DNA of 64,000 nt from Ignavibacteriales bacterium (GTDB taxonomy: Bacteria > Bacteroidota > Ignavibacteria > UBA10030 > UBA6906), in assembly GCA_037441705.1 (NCBI GenBank), contig JBBIRR010000009.1, positions 1-64,000 of the forward strand, in the 5' to 3' direction. Positions 32,129-41,799 of the stretch are shown piece by piece. A program made the position numbers and the translations under genes. Under the pieces are notes generated by a model. That model had not been told where the DNA came from, ran no database searches, and saw nothing but the letters and a program-made list of their open reading frames with translations. Every line of letters begins with the position of its first letter. Positions within the stretch are counted from its first letter, which is position 1.

Positions 32129-32707
32129 TTAGCTTCGGGCTTGAAATGTGATGACGTAGTCGATGTCCCGAACCGTGATCTTACCATCACCGTCCAAGTC
32201 AGCCGCGTCAAGGGTTCCGGCACACCTGTGACAGTGCCAGATAGTCTTGAGATACTTCTTCTCGAGCAACTTCGGAATCATATCATAGTACTTTTTTTCA
32301 GCCTTGAGCCGGCGACGGTAGAACTCATAGAGACCGAGATCGCCCTTGGCGCTATTACACGATCTGCACGCCCACACTTGATTATGAATCTGTTGAACGT
32401 GTTCACAAGCAGAACATTTCTCATTGATGGCAATCGATTTTGGAACAATGTGTTCCTGTGAAAGCTGTTCAGTTGAACCGCAATAGATGCAGGTTCTATC
32501 GTTTTGAACGAATTGCCAGTCCTCACGAGTAATGTCGGACCATTTCGTCGCTCCTTCTTTCAACTCTCTGAATTTCTTCTTGATGAACCCGTAGTGAGCT
32601 TGCTTTGCCGCCTTGCCGTCAGGTACATTCATAGCGCTTTTCGCTATGATCTTTGCATACTGATAGAAGATGAGTTGCTCAATAGTCTGCACTTCACGAT
32701 CGGGCAT
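32129..32707 (-). CDS. HNH endonuclease-like protein with a C-terminal EF-hand-like loop
   Basis: CIYCG..EHIVPKS..NQVWACRSCNSAKG; DLDGDGKITVRD near the C-terminus. Confidence 0.75.
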   Translation of the reverse strand: MPDREVQTIEQLIFYQYAKIIAKSAMNVPDGKAAKQAHYGFIKKKFRELKEGATKWSDITREDWQFVQNDRTCIYCGSTEQLSQEHIVPKSIAINEKCSACEHVQQIHNQVWACRSCNSAKGDLGLYEFYRRRLKAEKKYYDMIPKLLEKKYLKTIWHCHRCAGTLDAADLDGDGKITVRDIDYVITFQARS

Positions 32708-32720
32708 TTCGGCGCACCTG

Positions 32721-33878
32721 CTACGAAAAGAACATCACCGACTCCACGAACGTCTCGACCTGCGTCCTGATTGACTCGAACACGCCCATTTTCTCTTCGT
32801 ACTCGAACGAGAGGTAGGCGATCCCCTGCTTTTCGCACTCGTCCTTGAGCACAACATAGTCCAGCAGCGCAGGCTCGCAGAACTTCGGCGCTGCAAAGAT
32901 AACCCCGTCGATTTTTCCCGAGCGAACCTTTTGGACAAACTGTTCCTTGCGCGATGTGTTGCCGTAGTGCCGTACGGACGAGTACCGACTGTTGCGGATG
33001 TAGTGTTCCGATAACGCAAGCAGCGGATCGCCGTTGACGTGCACGTTTCCTTGAAACCAGCGTGTATGCAGCAACAGGTCGTCATCCACGATGTAGCAAC
33101 CTGCCTCCTCAAGCACCTGCAACAACTCCAGCGGCGGTTGCTCGCAGAAGCTGCCTTCAATCATCACTCTCATATAGTCGCGGGGCTGGCGGTTGCGCTG
33201 CTTGATGAGCGGAATGACTTCCTCAAGTATCCTGTTGTGTTCTTCGACCGGAATCAACGTGCCGATGCGCGTGAGGATGTACGCTTCGTACGTCGCGAGC
33301 AGCCAGGGCGTCGCTCGCTTGATCGCGTACAACTCGGCGCAGAGCGCCCTGTTTCGGTTGTACACCGTGATGCTGTTGAGAAGGTCGGCGTCTGAAACGT
33401 TCCTGTTTGCCAGTTGTTCAAGGCCGGTCAGCAACTTCCGCAGCTCCGTTCGATAGTGCGTCACTGCCGAGGGCGAGTTCATGTTCTGCGGAAAATGGAT
33501 GTACGAAACGTGCTGCTGCGGGAAGTTCGTTCTCCACACACCCGAAAGGTTCCGGGCAACGTCGCAGATGGACGTGAACCAGAGCGCATCGAAGTCCTTC
33601 GCCATGTCCCGGAGTCCGAGTTCAAGCGTCGAGCGAGCGATGGAACAGACAAACGACTGGATGCGCGAGTCGGCGTGATCAATTTCGATCTTCCCGCCGG
33701 CGCCAAACAACCCGACAGGCAACATTCCGGCCGCATGGGGAAGCTCGTACGGTGTGTACACCGGGAACATCCCCACAACCTTTCCGCCTGGATGGTTTGA
33801 CTTCCACTCCTTTACTGTGGGAAAGGATACATCATCGATGATCTGGCGATATTGTTCGATTCGATCGTCAAATGTCAT
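32721..33878 (-). CDS. bcrC: Benzoyl-CoA reductase subunit C-like
   Basis: PVYTPYELPHAAGMLP, QSFVCSI, SICDVARNLSG, GSFCEQPP, IVDDD, FCEPALLD. Confidence 0.82.
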   Translation of the reverse strand: MTFDDRIEQYRQIIDDVSFPTVKEWKSNHPGGKVVGMFPVYTPYELPHAAGMLPVGLFGAGGKIEIDHADSRIQSFVCSIARSTLELGLRDMAKDFDALWFTSICDVARNLSGVWRTNFPQQHVSYIHFPQNMNSPSAVTHYRTELRKLLTGLEQLANRNVSDADLLNSITVYNRNRALCAELYAIKRATPWLLATYEAYILTRIGTLIPVEEHNRILEEVIPLIKQRNRQPRDYMRVMIEGSFCEQPPLELLQVLEEAGCYIVDDDLLLHTRWFQGNVHVNGDPLLALSEHYIRNSRYSSVRHYGNTSRKEQFVQKVRSGKIDGVIFAAPKFCEPALLDYVVLKDECEKQGIAYLSFEYEEKMGVFESIRTQVETFVESVMFFS

Positions 33879-33973
33879 AGTTAAACCTTGTTTCAAATCC
33901 CAAATGGTTGGAGCTTGTGTTTTGAACTTTCAGATTTGTTTGTGATTTGGGATTTGAGCATTGGAGTTTGTTC

Positions 33974-34744
33974 CTATTTGTTTTTCCACACGGGCGTTCG
34001 CTTCTCCAGAAACGCGTTCAGTCCTTCGTGTGCATCTTCCGTCTTCATCATCTCACCCATGTACAACTCCTCCGCTTTGCTGATGGCTTCCATGCACGGA
34101 GAGTACAACCCACGGTCAATCGCTCGTTTTGTCATTTGCAGGATAACTTTGCTCTGGGCCGTCAACTTCGCAACGAACTGATTCACGTGTTCTTCAAAGC
34201 CTTCGGCTGGGAACACTTTGTTGATCAGCCCGATACGCTCGGCTTCCGTTGCCGAGATGGTATCGCCCGTCATCAACAGTTCCATCGTTCTATTGCGGCG
34301 GATGAGCCGAGGAAAGATCGCCGCGGCAATCGGAGGAAACACGCCGACTTTAATTTCAGGCTGACCGAATTTCGCCCGCTCGGAGGCAACGACCATGTCG
34401 CAGTAGATTGCCAGCTCGCATCCACCGCCGAGGGCAGCGCCATCAACAGCGGCGATCACGGGAATCTTGAAGCCGTGCAGCAACTCAAACGTTCGATGAA
34501 ACTCGCTCATCATCTCATCCACCTTGTCTGGAGTGTGGTCGGCAACGTCAACACCTGCTGAGAACGCCTTCCCCTCGGCTTTGATGAGAAGGACTTTCGC
34601 TGCCCCGTTCTTCTGCAACTCTGCGAGACCTGTGTTGATCTCCTTTATCATGGCGATGTTCATGACATTGAGAGGCGGACGGCTGAGCACGAGAGCGGCG
34701 ACCTCGTCCTGACAGCTCACCTTGATGAACTGGTAAGCTTTCAT
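33974..34744 (-). CDS. dch: Crotonase, probably cyclohexa-1,5-diene-1-carbonyl-CoA hydratase
   Basis: FSAGVDV, ALGGGCEL, FGQPEIKVGVFPP; immediately upstream of bcrC. Confidence 0.72.
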   Translation of the reverse strand: MKAYQFIKVSCQDEVAALVLSRPPLNVMNIAMIKEINTGLAELQKNGAAKVLLIKAEGKAFSAGVDVADHTPDKVDEMMSEFHRTFELLHGFKIPVIAAVDGAALGGGCELAIYCDMVVASERAKFGQPEIKVGVFPPIAAAIFPRLIRRNRTMELLMTGDTISATEAERIGLINKVFPAEGFEEHVNQFVAKLTAQSKVILQMTKRAIDRGLYSPCMEAISKAEELYMGEMMKTEDAHEGLNAFLEKRTPVWKNK

Positions 34745-35202
34745 GTGCGGTCCTCTTTGAACGGCAGACATGAGTTCTTCAGTATCGGTTTCACGCGGGC
34801 AATCTGCTCCTCGTCCGTACCGACCGGATGAAACCACTCGTCTCCAACCTTCGTGAGCCCCACCATCACGTTTGCGCTCAGGCGCACAGCTTCCATCGAG
34901 AGATCGACCATGTGCGTGCAGCCCTCGGCGTGTCCGAGTGCGTCGGCGATTTTCCTGTTGATTCCGCGTTCAATCTTCAAACCGACGAGCTTGTTGATGT
35001 TGGGAAGCGTGAGCTGGCAAAGTCCGTACGGGACCTTCACCATCCGCGCCTCTGCGCCGATAATCATTTCTGATCTGAGGTCGATCGTCAGCTCAACACG
35101 GATGTGGTGATTGAGATCAAGCATGGAGGCACGCGTTACAATCTCGTGCTCGTTCTGCCGGGAGACGGCGATGTTGATATTTCGTTCGTAGATTTCAGAC
35201 AT
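34741..35202 (-). CDS. DUF2889-like protein
   Basis: H.I.V.L.ID..I..AEA.M..VPY..C..GCTH..DL..NSC pattern; ATGA-coupled to dch. Confidence 0.65.
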   Translation of the reverse strand: MSEIYERNINIAVSRQNEHEIVTRASMLDLNHHIRVELTIDLRSEMIIGAEARMVKVPYGLCQLTLPNINKLVGLKIERGINRKIADALGHAEGCTHMVDLSMEAVRLSANVMVGLTKVGDEWFHPVGTDEEQIARVKPILKNSCLPFKEDRT

Positions 35203-35336
35203 CAGCGGTCAAACTTCCAAACTTCAATTCCCACATTCCGAACAACTCTCAATAACCAATATCCAACCGGCTCTTGGAGTTGGGATTTGAGAATTCGAGT
35301 TTGTTTGTATTTTGTCATTTGTGATTTGGAATCTTG

Positions 35337-36089
35337 TCATATGTACTGTCCCCCATCCACCTTCAACACTTCGCCCGTGATGTGCTTCGCCCTGTCGGAC
35401 ACGAGGAAGACGACCGCGTTTGCAACATCCTCGGGCTGGCCGAACCGGCCCAGAACGATCTCGGCGACGGATTGCTGCTTCACCTCGTCGGACAATACCG
35501 CAGTCATGTCTGTCTCGATCATGCCGGGCGCGATGGCATTCACATTGACATTCGACCTGCCAAGCTCTTTCGCCACCGTCTTCGTCAAAGCGATGACCCC
35601 GGCCTTCGATGCTGCGTAGTTCGCCTGGCCGAACTTCCCGCGCATGCCGTTGATCGAAGCGATGTTGACAATCTTACCGGACTTCTGTTCTCGAAACACG
35701 GGACTTGCCGCACGAATATAGTTGAAGCATCCTTTCAGATTCACATCAATCACCGCATCCCACTGTTCCTCCGTCATCTTCCAGACAACTCCGTCACGGG
35801 TGATGCCGGCGTTGTTCACCAAGATGTCGAGTCGTCCGAACTCGGCGAGTACACGCCCTACAACAGCTTCGGCTTCAGCATAGACTGAGACATCGGACTC
35901 GATTGCGATACATTTCCTCCCGATTCTCTTGACCTCATTAACAACATCTTCTTCTTCGCCGGCTCGATTGCGATAGCCTTTGAACGTGAACGCTACATCA
36001 GCTCCTTCGCGAGCAAGAGCCAACACGATCGCCCTGCCAATCCCAAGCGAGCCACCCGTGACCAGTGCGACTTTCTCTCTCAGTTCCAT
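35337..36089 (-). CDS. FabG-like short-chain dehydrogenase (3-oxoacyl-CoA/ACP reductase)
   Basis: TGGSLGIG, NNAGITRD, YAASK, ITGEVLKVDGG. Confidence 0.9.
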   Translation of the reverse strand: MELREKVALVTGGSLGIGRAIVLALAREGADVAFTFKGYRNRAGEEEDVVNEVKRIGRKCIAIESDVSVYAEAEAVVGRVLAEFGRLDILVNNAGITRDGVVWKMTEEQWDAVIDVNLKGCFNYIRAASPVFREQKSGKIVNIASINGMRGKFGQANYAASKAGVIALTKTVAKELGRSNVNVNAIAPGMIETDMTAVLSDEVKQQSVAEIVLGRFGQPEDVANAVVFLVSDRAKHITGEVLKVDGGQYI

Positions 36090-36191
36090 CCAACCATTTT
36101 ACAGATAGTGAAAAACAGGTGTTTGTTTTTGGATTGTGGAGATTGGAACTTGTTTGTGATTTGAAACTTGACATTTCGCATTTCAGGACAT

Positions 36192-37319
36192 TCATTTTGG
36201 TTTCGGTAGCACTTCTTCCATCAGCGCATCATCCAGCGCATGGCCTTCTGCTAACAACTGTCTGTACTTTACGAAGTCAATCACATCCTTACCTGTTTGC
36301 TTGCGCGCGTTGAACGCGGAAAAGCCGAGGAACGCCTCGCCCATCATGTTCGCCGCGAGCCAGTGGCGGTTCGGCAGCTTCGTCTGATCCCAGAAGAATT
36401 TCTTCTTTGCTCGAATGCCGTCAATTGACTTGATGAGACATCCGGGGAACAGATTGGTAAATCGCCAGATGATGGCGTTGACTTCCTTATCCAGCAGCGT
36501 GAAGTCGATCTGCGCCGCTTCGACTTCCTCGCGGGCGCGCGTCGCCTCATCGCCCTGAACGAATTCGCCGTACACGATTTCACCGTCTCTCACGTATGTA
36601 TCGGTGATGACCAGAGGATTTCGTTTGAAGCCTGTTGCCGTCTTGATCACCGGCACGACTTTGCTGATGAGTCCGAGACGCTTCATTTTGTACGCGCTCC
36701 AGACTTCGCACGAGACGCAGTTCCACATTGCATCTTCGATGTTGAGGAAGAGAGGCAAGAAATCCGTCGAGCCGCCATCGGGGGCGGAACCATGACGAGG
36801 CCCCGCCTGGCCGAAGACCGCAAGGTCGGACGAGATCGTGATGTCGGTCGCCATGCCGATCTCCTGTCCGCCGGCAACCCGCATGCCGTTGACGCGGCAG
36901 ATCGTCGGCTTCTTGCAATTCAGAATAGCGTCAACCATGGCGTTGAAGAGATCCATGTACGCACCGTATTCTGTTGGGCGGCGCGAATAGTATTCGGCGT
37001 ACTCTTTGGTATTACCGCCGGTACAGAACGCTTTATCGCCCACAGCGGTAAAGACGACAGCGACAACGCGACGATCCATGGACGCTTTGTGGAAGCCCGC
37101 AATCACTCCCTTCACCATCTGTGTCGTGTACGAGTTGTACTGCTTCGGATTGTTGAGCGTGATCCAGGCGGAGAAGAGTCCATCAACCGGCTGTCCCGTG
37201 TCGTCCACGATCGGCTTCAACTCATACATCGTGGAGGGCGCCTCGGTGCCGAAGTACTGGCAATCAAACAACTCGTGGTCTTTCAACTCGCTGTCGCGCG
37301 GAAGCCAATCGAGACTCAT
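36192..37319 (-). CDS. oah: 6-oxocyclohex-1-ene-1-carbonyl-CoA hydrolase (BamA/Oah)
   Basis: LNNPKQYNSYTT, AFCTGGNTKEYAEYY, RVNGMRVAGGQEIG, GQAGPRHGSAPDGG, WLAANMMGEA. Confidence 0.93.
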   Translation of the reverse strand: MSLDWLPRDSELKDHELFDCQYFGTEAPSTMYELKPIVDDTGQPVDGLFSAWITLNNPKQYNSYTTQMVKGVIAGFHKASMDRRVVAVVFTAVGDKAFCTGGNTKEYAEYYSRRPTEYGAYMDLFNAMVDAILNCKKPTICRVNGMRVAGGQEIGMATDITISSDLAVFGQAGPRHGSAPDGGSTDFLPLFLNIEDAMWNCVSCEVWSAYKMKRLGLISKVVPVIKTATGFKRNPLVITDTYVRDGEIVYGEFVQGDEATRAREEVEAAQIDFTLLDKEVNAIIWRFTNLFPGCLIKSIDGIRAKKKFFWDQTKLPNRHWLAANMMGEAFLGFSAFNARKQTGKDVIDFVKYRQLLAEGHALDDALMEEVLPKPK

Positions 37320-38569
37320 GTGGGTGTCCTTTGTAACTGGCCGTTGATCAATTCCGTTTCGATGAAGGTCTTCAGTTCTTCGTCGGTGAGAAGTCTGTTC
37401 GAGTGCTTGGCATAGTCGAAGATGTGCTGGGCAAGCCCGTTGTACTGCTCGTAGCCGTGCTGCTTCAGCCAGAAGAGGACGTTGGACACGCCCGACAGCG
37501 GGCCGATCTCGATCTTCTGCGTGCGTCCAACCATGCTCGCAGGAACGCCCGAGTAGACCATGTCTGCCAGACAGTTGTCACCGGTGTTGATGGCCTTGAT
37601 GACGGCCGCAGCGTGGACGCCGGTGGCCGTACGGAACGCGTCGGGTCCGATTACGGGATAGTTGAACGGAATCGGCACATGCGTCGCTTCGGAAACGAGC
37701 TGGCAGTACTCGTTCAGCTTGCTCAGATCATTATCAATGATCCCCCACATCTTCAGATTGACCAGGAGAAGATCCATCGAAGTATTGCCGCAACGCTCGC
37801 CGATGCCGAGCGCGCAGCCGTGCACACGATCCACGCCCGCGCGGATGGCAGCAAGCGCCGCCGCCAGCGCAAACCCCCGATCGTTGTGCCCGTGCCAGTC
37901 AATCTTTACGTCCTCACCCGTGTTTTCGATGACATCCTTGACGAAGCGTACAAGGTTGATCGCTCCTGTTCTGGTGCAGTGTCCGACGGTGTCAGCGATG
38001 ACAACACGCGATGCACCGCAGTTGACTGCCGCGGTGTAGAGCTTCTCGATGTCATCAGGATGCGCACGTGTCGTGTCTTCCGTTACGTACATGCTGGGCA
38101 GATTGTGCGCAACGACGTACTCGACTGCGGTCTCCGTGAGTTTAAGGACGGTGTCGATCGTCCATCCTTCCACATACTGTCGGATGGGACTCGAGCCGAC
38201 GAAGGTAGCCACTTCGATCGGGATACCCGCCTTTTGCGAAATGTCAATCACCGGGTCAATGTCGGCAATGACCGTGCGCGCCGCGCAGTTCGGCATGATC
38301 TTCATCTTGCATCGGGCAATCTCCTTTGCAAGCTCCAGCGTATCGTTGTAGGCTCTCGGCCCGGCACCGGGCAAACCAATGTTCGCAGCATGAATACCAA
38401 GGTCCTCCATCAGATGAAGAATTTTGATCTTCTGATCGATGGTGGGATCGGTCACGGACGGCGATTGGAGGCCATCGCGCAATGTCTCGTCGTCGAACTG
38501 AATGTGCACGACGCCTTTGAGGTCCGCTATTCCGCCCCGGTTCCAGTCGTAAATCAGATCATGAGGCAT
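37316..38569 (-). CDS. LeuA/homocitrate-synthase-family DRE-TIM enzyme without an IPMS regulatory domain
   Basis: DETLRDGLQ, EDTTRA, ADTVG, HGHNDRG, GIGERCGN, GVHAAA; 417 aa; ATGA-coupled to oah. Confidence 0.85.
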   Translation of the reverse strand: MPHDLIYDWNRGGIADLKGVVHIQFDDETLRDGLQSPSVTDPTIDQKIKILHLMEDLGIHAANIGLPGAGPRAYNDTLELAKEIARCKMKIMPNCAARTVIADIDPVIDISQKAGIPIEVATFVGSSPIRQYVEGWTIDTVLKLTETAVEYVVAHNLPSMYVTEDTTRAHPDDIEKLYTAAVNCGASRVVIADTVGHCTRTGAINLVRFVKDVIENTGEDVKIDWHGHNDRGFALAAALAAIRAGVDRVHGCALGIGERCGNTSMDLLLVNLKMWGIIDNDLSKLNEYCQLVSEATHVPIPFNYPVIGPDAFRTATGVHAAAVIKAINTGDNCLADMVYSGVPASMVGRTQKIEIGPLSGVSNVLFWLKQHGYEQYNGLAQHIFDYAKHSNRLLTDEELKTFIETELINGQLQRTPT

Positions 38570-38682
38570 AGCTGTATCCTTTCACATTCGTTGTAGGTCA
38601 TTGCTTGCCGAGGTCATTGTTCAATGCGAGAGAAATCGAACTCCAAGCTGTGTTCTGACGTGTCGCGAACCTGCTTCATTTT

Positions 38683-39231
38683 CTACCATCGTACTTTGGG
38701 CGGCGGACTAACAAGATCCTCGTCGTGATGTCGTTCCCTTCTTTCCGCAATCCGCTTCCTGGCAAACTCCACCATCCCCCCGGCGTTGATGATTTGTTGA
38801 ATGATTTCCGGGAAGGGCGGAGTCTTGTACGATTTTTTCTTTGTCACATTCGTAATGGTTCCAGTAGAGAGATCAACGCTGATTTCATCGCCGGTTGCGG
38901 CATCATCCACTGCTTCAGGGGATTCGAGAATCGGAAGTCCGATGTTGATGGAGTTGCGGTAGAAGATGCGTGCGAACGATTTTGCGATGACACACGAAAC
39001 ACCGGCGCCTTTGATGGCTATCGGAGCGTTCTCGCGAGAACTCCCGCAGCCGAAGTTTCGTCCGGCAACGATGATGTCGCCTTTCTTCACCTTCTTCACA
39101 AACTCCGGATCGAGATCTTCAAGCGCGTGCGGGGCAAGCAGTTCTTCCGTGAATGCCGTACAGTATCGTGCCGGAATAATGACGTCGGTGTCGATGTTGT
39201 CGCCGTATTTATGAACTCGCCCCTGCAGCAT
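38683..39231 (-). CDS. Isopropylmalate/homoaconitate dehydratase small subunit (LeuD/HacB-like)
   Basis: [41 protein letters not shown]. Confidence 0.9.
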   Translation of the reverse strand: MLQGRVHKYGDNIDTDVIIPARYCTAFTEELLAPHALEDLDPEFVKKVKKGDIIVAGRNFGCGSSRENAPIAIKGAGVSCVIAKSFARIFYRNSINIGLPILESPEAVDDAATGDEISVDLSTGTITNVTKKKSYKTPPFPEIIQQIINAGGMVEFARKRIAERRERHHDEDLVSPPPKVRW

Positions 39232-39319
39232 AGACTCGCCTTGTGTGTTTGGTCAACAGGATTTGCAATTTGTTTATTGGAACTTCTTTGAGATTTGCCA
39301 TTTGGTTGTTGGGGATTTT

Positions 39320-41629
39320 CTAGAGGGGATATCGCCTCCTGAAGTTTGGAAACGTCCCCTTCACCGCCGCCTCGAGTCCGATCAGCGCATCAGGATGCTC
39401 AAAGACCGGCCGTAGATGGTGCTCAAGCTCAAAGGCGGCGAGCGTCTTGTTGTCAACGCCGCTGATGAACCCTTCAAAGCCGCGCGCAATCAGATAGTCT
39501 GCCACGCACACCGCGTGCGGAGAGGCAGCCACCACGCGCCGCAGCGCTCTCGACGCGATTGCTTCAAGCTCGCCGGTGAATCCCACCTTCACGTGACCGC
39601 GAGCCTGAGCATAGAGTGTCGGCAGAAGATCAGCCTGATTGAACAGGTCACGGGCGACATGCAGCTCTTGCCGATCAGCCAGGGACAATCCTGTTTCCAA
39701 CCGCTCGAAGGTGAGCGCGTCGATCTGTTTCCCTTCAATCATTCTGCCGCCGTTTTCGATGATGGCGTGAGCAATCACATCGGCTGCATCGTCGCGCCGA
39801 TGCTGAGGAACGACGACGTCGGCAAAACCCAGGTGATACAGAAGCTGCGGAGAAGACGTCGGGATGCCTCCTGCAAGCATGTAGTAGCGTGCAAGCGCAA
39901 CGGCTAGCTCCGCATCGTTCGTCTTTTTGTAGATGACTTGCGGAAACGTGAGCGTACCGCGCAAACCGGGATAGATGCCGAGACGCGTTTCAGGAAGCGA
40001 GAAGGTCGTGCGATTGGTGATGAGAACGATCGCGTTCGGGTCGAGAGCAAACGCACATGCCACTTCAACCCCGCCGCCGAATGCCTGTCCATCCACGATC
40101 GCGATCTTCGGCTTGGACGTTCCTGTCATGACCTCGAAGATGACCTGCTGCCATTCTTCCGTGTCACGCTTGATGGCATCAAAATCCTGTGCCTTGATTC
40201 TCTCGATAAACGTTGGAATGTGTGCCCCGGCAATAAAGGTTTTGATCGGCGCAGTATCGAAGATGATGACCTTGCAGTCGTCATCCCCGTTTGCCTCCTT
40301 GAATTGCTGCTTCAACTCGGCGAAGACCTCGTTGCTCATAGCGTTGGCAGCACGAGGATTTGAGAGTGTGATCCGGCGGACGGCGCCGTTGCGCTCATGC
40401 TCCGTGTACACCGTTGAGAGGCGGAACCGCCACGGCGTTGCCACACCCATCTCTTCTTTGAGGAGATTGCAGATGGGGAAATCCTGCTTGAACGTTTTTG
40501 CAAGCTCGGCGCGTTGCAGGATAATCTCATGCACCTTCTTCTTGCCGATCTTATTCATCAGCGTGAACGGTCCCTCTCGCCAGAGAAACGCATTTTGCGT
40601 CAGCAACTCGAGGTCTTCAATCGTAATCAATCCGGCATCAACCGTCTCCGTTGCCGTGAGAAAGCCGATGGCGAGAAAGCGGTTAGAAAGAGCCTCAATG
40701 GTTTGGGGTTCGGGGGTCGACGTTTGGGAGCTGCTGTCGTGAACCCAGCGGACTGTTGACTTGTCGGCTGCTGCGTTGTAGCACTCGATCAGCTGAACGT
40801 AATTCTGCCGGGGCGTGAAGAAGTTTCCATAGACGCTGAAGAGGGGATCATTCGGATTGGACGAATCCGAGAACGAACGCATGGAGTGGAGACCAACGGG
40901 GAGTCCGGTGACATCCATCAGCTCCAGAAAACCGACGGGGATGCCGTAGGCCTGCTTGCCCGCAGCTTCTACGGTCGCCACATCGAACCCTTCCTCTAAC
41001 ATTCGTGTGGCTTCAAGCAGCAGCGCAACGAAGATAATGTCAGCAACACCTCCTTTGCGGCTCCCGCGAATGTGTGTGGGGATTTTCCCGCCGAGCTTGA
41101 GGTACCTTCGCGCAAGCGCCTTGCTCTCTTCGGAGGCAGTCTCCGTACCCGCATACTCTCCGGCTCTGTTCTTGTGCGGAAGATAGAAGTAGTGCATCCA
41201 CACGACTTTGTGGGGACGTTTGGTGACAGCAGCGAGAGTGTTCGTATCGAGCGAGGAGGAGTTTGATGCAAGAACAACGTGCGGAGCGGCAAGCGAGTCG
41301 AGGCAGCGGAAGATTTCCTGTTTGATGTCGAGCCGCTCGGTGGCTGCTTCGATCACGAGCTTGAGGTTCGATCCCTTGCAGGCTTCGCTGTAGCTGGTCG
41401 TGCCGATGATTCGCTCGCGGATTGCTCGCACCTCGGCCGGCGAGAAGATCTTTCCTTTGGCGCGTTCAAGCTCATGCGCGATCGTCTGGAACCCGCGCTG
41501 GAGGATTTCGCCCGAGACATCCAACAAGCCCACGTGGAAGCCGCTCTGCGCGTACGTCTGCGCGAGACTTGCACCCATCGTGCCCGCGCCGACGATGAGA
41601 AGCTCTATGTTATTCCAGGACGTCTTCAT
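39320..41629 (-). CDS. Bifunctional 3-hydroxyacyl-CoA dehydrogenase (N-terminal) / enoyl-CoA hydratase (C-terminal)
   Basis: VGAGTMG, IEAATE, ASNSSSL, WMHYF; then AFGGGVE and LPETRLGIYPG. Confidence 0.85.
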   Translation of the reverse strand: MKTSWNNIELLIVGAGTMGASLAQTYAQSGFHVGLLDVSGEILQRGFQTIAHELERAKGKIFSPAEVRAIRERIIGTTSYSEACKGSNLKLVIEAATERLDIKQEIFRCLDSLAAPHVVLASNSSSLDTNTLAAVTKRPHKVVWMHYFYLPHKNRAGEYAGTETASEESKALARRYLKLGGKIPTHIRGSRKGGVADIIFVALLLEATRMLEEGFDVATVEAAGKQAYGIPVGFLELMDVTGLPVGLHSMRSFSDSSNPNDPLFSVYGNFFTPRQNYVQLIECYNAAADKSTVRWVHDSSSQTSTPEPQTIEALSNRFLAIGFLTATETVDAGLITIEDLELLTQNAFLWREGPFTLMNKIGKKKVHEIILQRAELAKTFKQDFPICNLLKEEMGVATPWRFRLSTVYTEHERNGAVRRITLSNPRAANAMSNEVFAELKQQFKEANGDDDCKVIIFDTAPIKTFIAGAHIPTFIERIKAQDFDAIKRDTEEWQQVIFEVMTGTSKPKIAIVDGQAFGGGVEVACAFALDPNAIVLITNRTTFSLPETRLGIYPGLRGTLTFPQVIYKKTNDAELAVALARYYMLAGGIPTSSPQLLYHLGFADVVVPQHRRDDAADVIAHAIIENGGRMIEGKQIDALTFERLETGLSLADRQELHVARDLFNQADLLPTLYAQARGHVKVGFTGELEAIASRALRRVVAASPHAVCVADYLIARGFEGFISGVDNKTLAAFELEHHLRPVFEHPDALIGLEAAVKGTFPNFRRRYPL

Positions 41630-41799
41630 GATGCTCAAGCTTCTGTGCCCAAGCTCCAATAATCAAGTTCCAAGTCCCAAAGAAATTCCAAATCCCAACT
41701 CTCCAGTCTCAACACCGAACCTGCTGGCGAGCACGGCTATTGGAAATTTGAACACTGGAGCTTCTTTGTGATTTGTCATTTGTGTTGCTGGAATTTCTA

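Larger units (their letters stand above)
24817..41797. repeat. Nine AT-rich intergenic repeat elements, several of them palindromic
   Basis: Copies at about 24817-24982, 25581-25690, 27855-27994, 30721-30849, 33892-33970, 35209-35336, 36120-36184, 39259-39320 and 41636-41797. The core TTGGAACTTGTTTGTGATTTG is identical at 27954 and 36143, with variants at 24941, 30809, 39277 and 41755. Confidence 0.85.

Noticed and set aside
24817-41797. Intergenic repeats as a CRISPR array or attC integron cassettes
   Set aside because: Copies are degenerate, separated by whole operon genes of variable length, lack recognisable attC core sites, and no cas or integrase gene is present.
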